This document shows, piece after piece, positions 35,701 to 48,769 of a stretch of DNA of 49,089 nt (positions within the stretch are counted from its first letter, which is position 1; the number at the start of each line of letters is the position of its first letter). Source of the DNA: Hyphochytrium catenoides (Eukaryota > Protista > Hyphochytriomycota); the NCBI GenBank assembly GCA_900088475.1, contig FLMG01001656.1, positions 1-49,089 of the forward strand, in the 5' to 3' direction. The notes below the pieces were generated by a model. It was not told the DNA's origin. It saw nothing but the letters and a program-made list of their open reading frames with translations, and did not search any database. The position numbers and the translations under genes were made by a program.

Positions 35701-37638
35701 GCTTGTACTACCTCGAGTCGTGTGCATTGGTGGCCGGACGACAAGAGAGTGCTTCTCACTTTTAGTCTTCCCTCACTTGCTCTAGGGTCTTTGGTTTTAC
35801 TGTCCCGCCGGACGTTATGGGAGTGACTCCAGACTCACTTCTTGGGAGGTAACAAGTAATATGTATCAGCGCAGGGGCCGTGCCTTGCCAGGAGAGCCCC
35901 GAGTTCTTCCCTGCTGACATAATGCATTCTTTTTGACATCTTGTCCCTTTCTTCTTGCCACCTGGCACAAACTTCTATTGTTTGCCAGTGCTCGGGAGTT
36001 TGTGCTCAAGGTCACTTCTGCCCTCGAGGAAGCACTTCACCCTTACAGGTATGCCAGATGCCCAGCTATAAGTTTTAGGAAGGAAGACGTTCCTCTCTTG
36101 AGTAACTTCGTGTTCGTTTTTGTGCTCTCATCCACATAGCACCCATGTGGCGTGCGGAGCTGTGACGCGCTGTCAGGTCTGAACTGCCTCAACGCTGGCA
36201 GCTTTGGTGGCTCTGATCAGTATTGCCCGCCTGGGTCGTCTCTGCCGGTCAAAGCTACTGATGGATATTATACTTTTGGACGGACGAACATGTGGGGACG
36301 TTGATAGTTGATCTTCTTGCTAAGCTCCTGTCGCCCTCAGAGGCTACCGATAAGACTTCCACCCATTTGGACTTAACTTGCGAATTTTACTGCCAGCATT
36401 CCCTATTCGCTCGTCGAGGTGTTGACCTTGTGACTTTCAGGTCTCGTCACGGGCAGCGCCAATGTGAGCCTGGCTTCTACTGCAAAGACGGATTGAAGTT
36501 CCAGTGCGCACAGGGAACTTTTGGGAGCACGCAGGGTCTTGCGGAGTCCTCATGTTCGGGTGTCTGTGCCCCAGGTGAAGACATTTTTTTCTATTTTTTT
36601 TAACTACCACACTGCCCTAACCCGGCACCATAACTGTTTCTCATCCAGGCTATCGATGCCCTTCATATCCCAATCCACCGTCCACAAGCTCAACTGAGCT
36701 CCCTTGTGGCGAAGATGCCTCCGTGTATTGGTATGGCAACCCATCACCCATCCCTTTCTCATCTATTAACTCTGGTAGAGTCGGCCTCCCGCCTTGTTCT
36801 CTTTTAGTATGGAAGATCAGTAATTCCTTCTCTCCCACTGACTCACTCGGTTCGTCCTCATCCTGTTTTTGACAACCTCTACAGCCCGGAAGGAACCGGC
36901 AACTTTCCCCGTCTCGTCGACCCCGGGTATTACACTATTGGAACCACTGAGCAGACAAGGTATCAAACCGCAGTCTCCTCTCTATGCAGCAGGGGTCGAA
37001 ATGCTTTTTATCGTGTGCAACTAGACCACCAATCTCCAGCTGATCCATGCTTCTCTATATCCTATCTTTTGAAATGGGGTGTTTCAGTGCCAGCTCGTCA
37101 TGGTCCTTCTGAGCTCTACCGTTTTGGTCGACAGGGACGCTCAGGTGGTGTGCCCGCCCGGGAGCTACTGCCTGCTTGGCATCAAGATGCCCTGCCCTGC
37201 GGGGAGATATGGAGAAGCTGCAGGCCTTCGCTCCCATTATTGCTCTGGTTTGTGCCCAGCAGGCTACGCCTGTCCTGAAGGAAGCGTAACCCCTGAAAGG
37301 TAAAGTGTTTAGAGAGCTCTGTACGCTTAGCCCCACATCTTTCTCTTGTTTCTTCCTCCACTGTGATTTTCTTGTTCTTATTGAGGGTTGACCATCTGGT
37401 TACTTTTAGTTCACACTCAGCTCGCATGATCTGATCTTTCTATTACCTGCAACCTCTTCATGGTGACCTGCCTCGACCGCACACATTTTCCATTATCTGA
37501 TCCACCCATTGTACAACCTATTCGACTAGGTGCCCCGAGGACACCTTCTCTGACGCAGGGAATAGTGTTTGCATAGCCTGTGAAGGTCCCCCAAGCCCAG
37601 GAAGGTGCAGAGATTCAAGATTCTGCTGCAGTTATTGA
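29760..37638 (+). CDS. Large secreted Cys-rich repeat protein (Ephrin-receptor-like/GCC2_GCC3-type repeats), ~30 exons, spans an N gap
   Basis: Signal peptide MPKFFVSLTVLAWAVSGA. About 10 units of C.PG.YC..G.K..CPAG.YG...GL....CSG.C..GYYCP.GS......CG....YCP.GS..P..V..GYY, joined by phase-consistent introns. It ends CPEDTFS..CIAC..CRDSRFCCSY*; no TM segment seen. Confidence 0.88.
33940..34021. other. Assembly gap (N run) within the Cys-rich gene
   Basis: Run of n bases. Confidence 1.
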
Positions 37639-38188
37639 ATAGGGAACACTAAGGATGACACCTAATCCGAGTGCCTTACCGAGGATGAGAGGTCTCTCCT
37701 CCGTCTTAATCTTTCTTGAACCCCCGACAAGCGACATCTGGCTTGGATTAACCTAGCTTTTGTCTATAACTATGAAGAACTAATAATAGTCTGCACCTGT
37801 ACCATGATCGTGACGGACAACAAAGTGACAGACTTGAAGCGCGTACACACAAACAGCTAGAAACACAGAGGTTTATTAGAGGCTTCGTACAGAGAGTGAA
37901 AGGGCACAACAACAACACAGAAGAGTTGAAAAGATTTTGTCTGTCAAGACTTGGGGTCGCCTCTGGACATCACCATTCTTCTTTCGTTTTGCTGCTCGAC
38001 CTTGGCTCTTGCCTTGGCCTGGTATCTAGTCCTCATCTCCCTAGCAGCTCGCCTTAGCCTGGGTAGGAAGTGATCTATACTGAGAGCGTTTGGTCTGAGA
38101 AGCGGCTTGACTTAGCACATGAGAGAGCAGTCCTTTTGTCTGGATTCCAAGACAGTCGGTGGACAGCAGTGTTACGGGGGCTGCTAAG

Positions 38189-40047
38189 ATGTCTATCCAA
38201 AAGGAGACAAGTGCTTCGCGGCCACCTCTCCGGAGGTCGACAACTGAGATAGCTGTCGGTGGCGTATCCAAGCTTCTCGTCGGTCCTTTCGTTCTCATCT
38301 GTGAGCAACTCGCTGGAGGGTAGGGGCTGCTCTTAGAACCTCTAATGAATTTGACCTGGTTGACCTAAAGCCCTTGGTGGCTAGACATTGTCGGGTCTGC
38401 TCTATCTTTCTCCGCGTTCCTGCGTTCTGCCGCCTTGCCGAGCCTTACAATGATGCTTATGCCCTGGATGATCGCCTTCCGTTGACCCCCCCTGGCAATC
38501 GCGTAATCCTTGCATGCCGTGGATTGTCAGATACGCTATGGAGACGATAAAGATCAGACGCCAAGCCACAGGGCTGCCTTATAGGAAGCTAGTTGGAGGT
38601 TTCTGGAGAGAAGGTAAGAGGCAGGGATATAGGTTCTTCAATAATCTTTTTAAGTAGTTCGCGTCTTTTCCACACGCTCGTAGGCGGCATCGCGGCCTTC
38701 TATCGTGGATTCTACCCCTGGTCCCTGATCCAGTCTACGCAAGGCATTCCCATGCTTCTAACTCAGGTCAGTTCTAGAGAGAAGAGTGCGACTTCTGCTC
38801 GCAATCTCAGCTGTGATCCTTGTGCAGAGGGGCGTCTATAGGCTTCTACGGAGGTGGAGCTTTGGGGAGAGAACTGCAGCCTCGGTAGGAGGAGCGGCTG
38901 GAGGGTTCACCATGGCTTGCGTGGTTACTCCTACCCAGGTCCGTACCTTGCTTTCCACCTCCTTTGGGGCCGGCCGCCCTCTATTTGCGTCTTCCTTTTT
39001 CTTAAGCCATAGCTTCCCCTCTGACACTTGGGACTGCTTGCTTAATCCCTTATTCACCTTCACCAGGTATCTGACCTACACTTTGCCTTCTTCTCTGTCA
39101 TTTCTCCTCCCTTTAATCTCTTAAAATGACTCTTTTCGGCGACCACCTTCTGCCTCCCCTTCTCAGCGAATGAAGGTTGTCGCTATGACGGACCCTTCTT
39201 TCCGTAGCATTTGGGCAGTCTCGCTATTCATGCGGACTATCCGTCAGCAAGGGATCCGGGGACTCTACTACGGATTCACGCCTATCTGCATGCGAAAAGG
39301 CACGGATTGGGCCATTAGATTTGGGGCTGCCTCTCAGCTGTCCTTGTTGGTATCCCGGTATACTGGCAAGAGCGTGAATGACCAAGGTTAGATGAAGGGT
39401 GGACCGGATGAAGGACTTGACAAGGAAAGAGAGAAGGAAATGGTTGTCTAAGCGAGAGACTTGAGGAGTGCATCTCCTACAATTTGCTGCTCTCCCCTCT
39501 TCATGATACCCTACCGCTGACGGTGATAGGCTTTCCCGAAACATATGCTTCGCTTCCTCCAATGGGAATACCTCTTGTTGTGTTCTTCACCTCGCCCTTC
39601 ATGGCCATCACCTTTAACTCACCTCCGGCTTTCTCTTCAACGTCTCTTGCAGGCGCCGGTGTGAAGATACTGGTAGGAGCTGCCGCCGGCGCTATATCTA
39701 CAGTGACCACGCCTTTCGACGTAATGATTGCCAACTGCCAGCGCTATAGGGAAGCGGCTGAAAGAGTAAGGCTGCATCAAGTAGTCCGAGATATCTACTT
39801 GGCCGATGGCATTAGAGGGTTCTACAGAGGGTAAGAATGGCTACTACACCGTGCCAATGATCTTTGGACCTTTACTGGGTTCACAGGCGCTTCCCTCTGC
39901 ACCTTTAGACCCCCCGTTTTCTGCGTCTAGCCCTAACTCCTCTCGTGCAGGTGGATGGTACGCGTAGTCCATGCCTCTTACCACACCGCTTGGTTGATTG
40001 GCGTTGGTACTCTAATCTTAAATTATGTTGATAAGCGGATGGGCTAA
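38189..40047 (+). CDS. Mitochondrial carrier (SLC25), YHM2-like citrate/oxoglutarate carrier, 7 exons
   Basis: Three carrier repeats: YAMETIKIRRQ..GGIAAFYRGFYPWSLIQSTQG; TPTQRMKV..GIRGLYYGFTPICMRKGTDWAIRFG; TPFDVMIANCQ..GIRGFYRGWMVRV. The PW..I..T.G and R..T.W..RFG patterns recall yeast Yhm2. Confidence 0.88.
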
Positions 40048-40235
40048 ACTTCATATTGAGCAAGTTTATGCGATCCAAAGAAAAGAAAGACGGAGAGGTC
40101 TAGAGAAGCATTTTGGAGACAAGGGAAGTGTGCGGCTCTTCTCTGGCCTTCTTTGCTATGTATGCCTTATTTATTTCACAAGTAATATACAGCCTGAGGC
40201 CCTTTCCTCTGTCGTTGCCGAGAGATTCTACTTTA

Positions 40236-43200
40236 TCATTGGTCCTTCTTGATCTCTGCTTGTTTTTGTCCCATAATCAGCGTCTTGACCTTTTGAAAGT
40301 CTTCCTCACTGGAGAATGCAATCAAGCGACGGTCTGGCGTGTAGAGGAGATTTCGCATGTGAGTAGAGAATGTATATGTAGTAGCAGAAGGGATAAAGCT
40401 AAACGGAAGGTTCCGAGTACTTACGTCCAGAAGCGCCCCTACTTTTGCTCTGAATGCTGGTATCAAACACTGCCATGGGGAAAAGGTCACGATGCAGCGC
40501 TGAGAGCTCCGAGCGTGAGAATTTCTCTCTACCCTCTACCTCCGGGTAAAGATCGAAATAGTTCTTTGACTCCACTCCAGTCTGTGCATCTTCCAACGAC
40601 TGTGCAGATAAGGCAAGCTCTTAGATTGCCATTCCAAGGATGAGAAAGCCGATAATGGGCGGAGGTTTGAGGTGCATTATCTAGATGCTGCGAGCACTTT
40701 ACCTGCCACCACTCCATCCTGTTCCCTCTAACGACGGCGTAACGTCTGACCCACTGGCCAAAAAGCCCTTCTCCTTTCTTCCAGATAGGACCGGCCCACT
40801 CTGCCTGCAGTCTGGATTGGATCATCTTGGACCCTTTGGACCGACTATAGTGCAAGTGTGCATTGCGGAAGACCACCTGCAATAGGTTCAGGAGCGACAT
40901 CGAGGGAAGGTTGCGTGGTAAGAATACTAAAATTTCAATCCGGAACCCCGAAATACAGAGAGATAGAGGGAAAAGAGTTTACAATGCATCCTGACCTTCA
41001 AGTCGTCATCACTAGGTATGCTTCCAAGGAGGTTCATGACTCTCTCAAAGTCATAGTCCGAGAGTTTCAAAGGCTTTTTCAGCAGCTTCTTGGTAAGGTA
41101 TGCCAGTAGCAAGAACCGACTAGGGATTGATATGACTACGAGGAGTCCAAACATCAGCGCCACGTAGACAAATATAGTCTTCCGTGGGTGAGTCCAATTC
41201 CATATGTTCTTGAACTTTTCGATCTTATCGACTAGGATGCAAAGGACATTCTGGATGTCTCCGACTCCATCCCGGATCTTCAAGTAGAGCCTGGATGGGG
41301 AAAAGGCTTCTTCTTCTTCTTGCTCCAGTGCCTGATTAATAGCATGATAGCGATTTGGCTGTTAGATGACAGACCAAGATGCCCCCGAGAGAGACGGAGA
41401 GTATCCCATATGACTATTACGGATTGTAGCTTCCCCTGAGGAACATTCGCGGAAGGAAGGGACACTCTACATCCCAAGAGGTCGAGTGCCCCATACCTGC
41501 CATGCCCAAGCACCAAAGAGAATAAACTATGCGAGGAAAGCAGCCACACCCGCCCAGAGAGGAAAGCAGAATAGCCCAAGCTGAGCAGAAGGAGAAGCCA
41601 AGTCTATTAAGGCGGCCAGAGTTCCGAAGTAAGAGGCGAGTGAGTGAGATAGCCAAGGAAGGTCTATATCTAAACGATGGATATTCAGGAAACCTGTTGC
41701 CTAAAAACGATATTTCTTTCCTCTGGTTACCTCATGAAGTGCTTTGGAGGCTGCTCTGTCTGATGCCTCTATGGGGGCAAGCGGGTCTCGGAGCTCTATT
41801 TGAAGCCGCACCTTCAAGATGCCCAATGCAGTGGCTCGCAGGGGCCGAGGGAGATTAGCCGCCAAGGGGTGTCGGCGGCTGTAGTCAACATACCTGTGCC
41901 ACAAGTAAAGAGTAAGACGCGCAAAGAGTCGAAGAAATAGGGGGGCCAGGGAAAAGTTAGAGAAAGCACTAATGGCAAGACGAGGGAAAGGAAGTGGTTC
42001 AAGCCCCAAAGAAGAGTAGTTCCTCTATTCTGTCCTGCCGGTCTCAAGACACTTCATTATACCACCAGCATGCCGCTCACCAACTGTCCTCGCGATCCTT
42101 TACTTCAATCTCTCTGATAATTTCAGCCTGCTTTCCTCCTCTTGCTGGGTCGGTGATAAGTTCCTTGAGAGGAACCTCCACAATGCCAAGGAAGTCATCT
42201 TTGCCCACCTCATCTTGATCAAATATCTCAAACCTTGTACAAGAGAGTGGAGGAGAGAGGACAGCAGACACATGGGCTTCGTTCAGGAGGATAGAGGGAA
42301 GACCGGAAGACATAGTAGAGGAACCAGGAGGCTTATTAGGCAGTTCAAACCAAAGAGGCTACGGTGACCAGGAGAGACTGAAAGCAAAGGAACGAAGCAC
42401 TGACCTAATGACCCCTTCACTCTTGTCCCAGTCAACCAGCCTAACCTCTCCCTCGTCGGTTTGGTGGATTGGCTGCAGCAAAGGATACCTAAAAAGAAAG
42501 CCGTGTCAAAGGAAGATGTTCCTAAGCAACGCTTCTACAGAGACCGAAAAGAATGTAAGACGTAAATGAAACAAAAAAGGGCAAAGGGCGAGGGACTGCT
42601 TAAGGGCTAGCAAATGGACCTGAAGGCATTGGAGTCTACTTCGGCTCCATCCGAGCGCGGCCACGGCGCAACAACGTTCCTGATAGACTTGTCCGGGTCA
42701 AAGTCGATGTGCTTGAAGCGATCCATAATCCACCTAAGACATCGGAGAAAACGGAATCACAACGCTCAGGACGAAGAGCCACAAGGCGGTAGATAGAGGC
42801 TTTGCTGGCATGCTAGCGCTGTGCGATACATGGCAGCGCGAAAGCCAAGGACAGGTCGCGGTTGACCTCAGAGGGAAGAGGAGGATATTTTACATAAGGA
42901 ATTATAGCGACGAACTGCTCTTTACTTGTTGCTGAGAGCCTTGGCTATGGCTGACTGCGTATCTCTGACTCTGCCGCCCCACACGGGACTAAGTGTCTTC
43001 TTCACTGTGGCCGTCCGACCAATGACGTGTGGCTCTTGTCCGTTTCTCTTGCTGTCATAGAATATCTTGATTGGCGGGAGAGCAAAGGTTAGGCAATGAC
43101 TGGCTGGCCACACTTAGCCTATGGCTCTACTTTCATCTCTCGCTTCTGCTCATTCTCAATCCCAGGCTACTTCCATGGTTTCAAACTTCCGTCAATCAAA

Positions 43201-46200
43201 TCTACCCTCTGTCTAACCTCGGCACCGCGCCCAATTTATTCGACTGAAGAGCTCTTCGTCACCTCCATGGGTCCTACCTGTACGTAGGGATCACTGGTCC
43301 CTCCTACATCAGCCGCCAAAAGGTTCTTCCCCTCCAAAGCCATCACCTGATTCATGGGACGGTGAGACGGGAGGTAGAGAATTGTCTACAGGGACAGGAA
43401 GGACAACCATCCGCTATGATACTAAGCTAGATTAAGCAAGTAATGTTGAGCATCGGTGAAGGAAGAAGCAGGGATTAGAGAGGTTGTCAGCTACGACGGC
43501 TGCTTCAGTCTTTGCCCCTCTCACTGAGGGACAAGAGCTCCAGCCAACAGGACGCTATCGAGAGAAAAGAGACTCAAGAGGATGTCTTACCCTGAGTGTA
43601 GCAATTGGCCTGTAAAGATTATCATCAATCTCATCGTCCCACTTCAAAAACTCAAGGCCAAACTTTCCCGTGAGTCTTTTTACCAGGTTCACAGTTAGTG
43701 CGCCTAGAAGACCTCCCACAGGAAGGAGGAGAAAGTGGGAGGAGGGAAAGCAGAGAATGAAGACCGAGAAGAGACACCAGCAAAGAATCGTCATCCAGGG
43801 TCTCTTCCACGCCAAAATGTCTCTGGCGGCCTTCAAGCCAATCTGCCGAGGTAGACAACAATAGCAAAGGAGATCTACAATGAGTTGTATAACACATGAC
43901 CAATGACTCTCATGCAACTTGGCTCGATATCTCGAGCATTAATAACAGAACAGATGGGATTCAGCTAGAGAGTTAACAGGTCTAGCGCGAGGCGTAGAGG
44001 TACCATGATTGGCGAAGACATGAGAGAAGGATTCGTAAGTCAGATGCATTACCATGGCTGGCTTTGCAAATCTGTCCAATCTTTTGATCTGATGCCGGAT
44101 AACCTTGGGATCGAAGCGATCCTTCCATTCCTCCTTCACATAGTGTGCATCAGGGTGGAGAATAGGAGAGAGGGTAGAGAAAATAGGCTCCTTGTATGTG
44201 GCAGAAATCTGCACCAAGCCCACTACGTCGTCGTCCTATCGTTGAGATGGGGGGACAGAAGCATATAAAGATGAAAGAGAAAAATATGAGTGCAGTGAAG
44301 AAAAACCTAGTGTCGAGAGCCAGACGCAGGGGCAGACACTTTAATTCCAGCGGTAACATGCCAAAGGACGCACTTACACGTCGAAGCTCTAGCCAGTCGT
44401 AACCAGGAAGAGCTGACTGGTTGGCAGGACCGGGGATTACAGGACGAGCGCTATGGCCCACAAGCTGCTCAGCGTCTCTCTCTATTATCTCAAACAAAGA
44501 GAGAGACAGAGAACCTAAAATAACGTTCGCTTTCTTTCCCTTGAAAGTTGCATCTAAGCCGGCCAAGGTCGTGACATCGATATCAACCTTCCTATAGACC
44601 TGAGACCAAGAGCGTACATTAGCAATTCTACTCCTTATGGCATCTTAGCAACTACAAACTTCCCCTGACGTCCATGTTCACAAAAAATCTCTCCTATCCC
44701 AGCGCTTCTTGTTCCCTTTCTGTACGTGCAACTCCCCTACGATAGTACGCAGCCTACAATTCACAAGCTCCTTATCTGGGTCTATCGCTTGCGTTAGATC
44801 TCACCTCCACTTCCACACAGGAGTTTGTGCTCTTGACATTCCAAAGTTTTTCAATCTCCAGCTCCTCCAGAGTTCTCAGAGTACAAGGCCGCCGGACAAA
44901 AGCCTCTTCAAAGTAAACTCGCACCAGTGGTTGGAACTCAATGTCCGCATTGTTCAGCGTGTGGCCATGTGCTGCTGAGCAGAACTTCGAGCATAAATGG
45001 ACACCTCTAAGGTTTATAAGGTTCAAGGAAAATGCATGGTGGATCAGACAGAGCAGCAATGGTGAGACCTAGAGAATAGGTTGCAAAAGAAGCGGTATAG
45101 TGGGCTAGGCACGTGCATGAGAGCATTATGACTGAAAAAAGCGCCCCTCCTTGCCAGCTAAGGGTTAAGGAGGACACAGCACAGCTCCCTCCATATGCTA
45201 CTTAAGGGTGGGAACAACTTAAGGGACAAGGCCATGCAACCAAAGCGAGAGAAATCGTGATGACCCAGCAAGTGAAGGAAGTGTCGAGACTACCCCGAGA
45301 GAAAGAAGATGAAATCAACCGAGAAGAATCAAGAACGGGCTAGAAAAGACTGCGCAGAAGCGAGAGCATATGACTGTAGAGAGAGAAAAAGTGTGAGGAA
45401 AATGATGGCTGGACGATGACCAGTCACACGTACTTCAGCTTGAAGTGCAGTGTCCCTCGCTTGTATACTTTTTCTTCCTCCGAAATAGTGTTATCCACGT
45501 CAACCACCCCGCTTGTCGCTTGGCCAGAGGATCCAGGGAAGCCAGCTGAAGAGATCAGCCGTGCCAAGCCTAGACAGCAGGAGGCCAACGTCGATGTGAA
45601 GAGCCAAAGAGAGAGAGAGACAAACAGAGAGACTGAGGGAACTGGCTATTGTGGTAACAGTTGAGGATACACACAGGTAAAAGACGACGACGGTAGGCTA
45701 GGTGAAATCGGGAGGATACGGAAGAGCCAAGAAAGGAGAAAACAGAGGAGAGACAGAACACTACGGAGGGCGGAGGAAGAGACTATATTGTCACTGGCAC
45801 GTTGAAGTGTTGACAGAAGGAAGCAAAGCGGGGGGGGAGGGGGGAAGTTGATAAGCGTACTTCTTCTCGCCGAGACACCTGTCTTCGCCGATTTGCTTTC
45901 CAGAATACCGACAGAGCAGGGCGAGTAGCTCACCATAATGTTCAATGAGCAAACGTCCCCACTTAGAGAGGAAAGATTGTGCATCAAAGATACAGTGGTA
46001 GACTCTCCTGCTCTGACCAACTCTCCGAGGTCAATGAGAGTTGAGCCTGGACCGGAAAGAAGAGAAACATGTTAAGCACAGAAAAAGAGGCCCCAAAACG
46101 AAAAGCATACCCAAGGCAAGCTCCTCCTTGCCATTCCTAGAGAATAGTTCCACTGCCACGGCAGGCGGTTGGCTACTATCGACGTGTCTAAGTGCGAGTT

Positions 46201-47671
46201 CACAAGGGTTAACTTCTCCCTGCGTATTGGGCAGCATGCTCTCTACGGCTTCTCCATAAGGTTGAAGGGTGAATCGCACCTAAGAAGGGAATAGATTGGA
46301 GTCTTTAGTATCTATCAGGAGGGCTTCAGAAGAGAACAGAGGAGGTGACTCGCTGCAGCTTCGAGTAGATAAGGGCATCGAAGCAGTAGAAACGGCGGTA
46401 AGCGACAATAGGCCAGTGCTTTTCACAGCAGAAAGGCTTTGGGTCCTGTTCCGCAGCCAGAGAAAGCTCATTATTCCCACCAAGGCATCTTGAAGAATGG
46501 TGGGAGCTATCTGCTTTGCCTGGATCCCTGCCACCTGGCACAGGATAACCCCGGTTGGGTACTTGCCTCGGTCCTTGGACCGTGATCTAAAGAGCTCATC
46601 CAACTGGAAAGAAAATATGGACTCAAGCACGTTCTCCCCTTCCGCCGGCTTATCCGTTGGCTGAGAAGCCCTTGGAGAGTCTTTTTTGCCACCGAAAGTA
46701 TCGAGAAAATTTTTGGACGACGACTGTAGGGAAAGCTGTCAGCTCAAGAAGGGCATCGGATGTCCAGTATGTTCCTACCTCATGGACTACTGGGGTCTTC
46801 TTTCGTGGCGAGGCTGGTATACCTAAAAAGAAGGTGTAGATGAATGGCTTGACAATCTATAGATTAGTATTCTGTACGTACGTTGGGAGCTGTCCGTAGG
46901 CTCAGTCATCGTTCCACCAGTTAGGTCAAGCTTCACGGGATATTCAGAGTCTCTGCAGCAACCACATTCGGGTCACAGAAGATCTTTCCTATCATTCAAA
47001 GCCAGGAAGAGGGGAACAAGGATCGTTGAGCAGCACCGTTAACCTGAGATGGAAGGGTGTCGCCTGGCACCTGCGCTAGACCTGCAGAAGGCAGGCCGAG
47101 AAGACATCCGACAGAGAGATTTCGCCAACCCGTTGAGCTGCCTCTGCAGCTCTGCAGCCGCTACTGCTAGACAAAGATGAACAGTTAGCCCAATGTTCCT
47201 GATATGACTAACCGAATTATCAACCCTCACTCTTCTATTGAGAATATAGTCTATGCACCAATGAACAATGTCTTGGTCTTGTAACGTCTCGACCTGCAGT
47301 GAAGGACCTACCTTGAGCACATAGATTCGTTAAGAAGTAGAGCTGCCGCTGGCTCGGTACTGAGAGGGAGCTGATAGGCTCGTGGGATTCTGATGTCTGA
47401 CCAACTGCGTGACCAAGCTCTCTCTCCCTTTCCGCGCAGGCTCCCTTGACTTTCCTCCTCCAGTGAGATCTGGGCCCTTTGTGACTGCTCTCCTGTCATC
47501 GGCTGCCTTCCATCCTCTCACTCTTAGTTCACTCTCTATGTGGCTCTTCCCGATTACCGCTTCCTGGTAAGAGTTCTCCGTGTCGTCTACATTGCAAATT
47601 GAACCAAAACCCAGCTGACCCATAGCTCTGTGCTCAGCCCTATAAGCTCCTGCTCCCAGTTGCTTGGACAT
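40236..47671 (-). CDS. Large multi-exon MCTP-like protein: N-terminal C2-like domains, TM region, Ca2+-type C2 domain, PRT_C-like TM region, C-terminal PH domain
   Basis: RDILAWKRPWMTILCWCLF (TM); VMALEGKNLLAADVGGTSDPYV..GRTATVKKTLSPVW..FEIFDQDEVGKDDFLGIVEVPL (C2); IQNVL..LVDKIEKFKNIWNWTHPRKT..IPSRFLLL..NLLGSIPSDDDL (PRT_C-like); WAGPIWKKGEGLFGQWVRRYAVVRGNRMEWW..IAFSSEEDFQKV (PH). The 5' exons are uncertain. Confidence 0.8.
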
Positions 47672-48496
47672 TTCTTGTTAGTGCAGGACACTCGGAATCC
47701 TCTCCATGCTCGAGAGTAAGGCTACCGAATGTGAATCCTAGCGTCTGGTACGAAGTGATAGTAGCCTATTTATAAATTATAAAGTAGTTCTGCGCTGGTG
47801 ACCAAGAGTAGCCGATATGCTCGCTTTCTGCGTAAATATCGAAGTGGTAGGGTGACGAGGCCATTAGGCAAGAGCATGACAAGAGATAGCTTAATAGAAT
47901 TGAACCCCTTAGCTTAAGTTGCAATTTTTGCCTCGACACGACCAGGCAGGAATAAGGGCGTCCCAATGTGAAAAGATAGATTGGCTTATCATTACTTCTA
48001 CCTCTAAGAGAAAAAATTCCTTAGATAAAAGCGAAGTCTATAGATCAGCTCTTTCTTCGATACACTTTATTATGGCCGGCGGCTGCCTTAAGTAGGTGTC
48101 ACGAGTAGCCTCTAGCATGGCGAAGAGCAGCTCTGTGTCTGGTGAGACTATTTGACGAATACGTTGGGCATTTCATTACCCGCTCAGCCTGGTTTTCTTT
48201 TTCCTGCAAGATGAGAAACCCTTTCTTCGCTGGGACCCTGTCAAAGTGGACGTAGATGCATCTTATTTAATGAAGAGTCTTGCCTCAAATTCAATGCGCA
48301 TGTAAAGTACATAAGGAGGACGCCAGTCCCTTCTTCTCACACGCAAGAGTAACAAGCGCCTTGTACTTGACACGTGCTGCACGGGTCTGAAAGCCCAGCT
48401 TGGGAGCGATATCTCACGTGGAAGATAGAGCTTGACTTTCCTTGCCGTGGCGCCTGTCTGCCATCCCTAATGATGTGACGCATCATCTGTCAATAT

Positions 48497-48664
48497 NNNN
48501 NNNNNNNNNNNNNNNNNNNNNNNNNNNNNNNNNNNNNNNNNNNNNNNNNNNNNNNNNNNNNNNNNNNNNNNNNNNNNNNNNNNNNNNNNNNNNNNNNNNN
48601 NNNNNNNNNNNNNNNNNNNNNNNNNNNNNNNNNNNNNNNNNNNNNNNNNNNNNNNNNNNNNNNN
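48497..48664. other. Assembly gap (N run)
   Basis: Run of n bases. Confidence 1.
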
Positions 48665-48769
48665 NTATATAATAAAGTCAGGAGGGAAAGAAGCAGATGA
48701 ATCTGAACCATTCAGGAACCGGAACGGTATTATACCGATTATGTACGGAATGATGGGCTATATCCAGAA

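Noticed and set aside
45290-45850. GA-rich and G-run tracts
   Set aside because: They are pyrimidine-rich intron sequence of the minus-strand C2 gene; ordinary low complexity.
12152-47671. Alternative genetic code or stop-codon readthrough to explain the fragmented ORF track
   Set aside because: In the genes I reconstructed, stops fall in canonical introns and the standard code gives intact conserved proteins.
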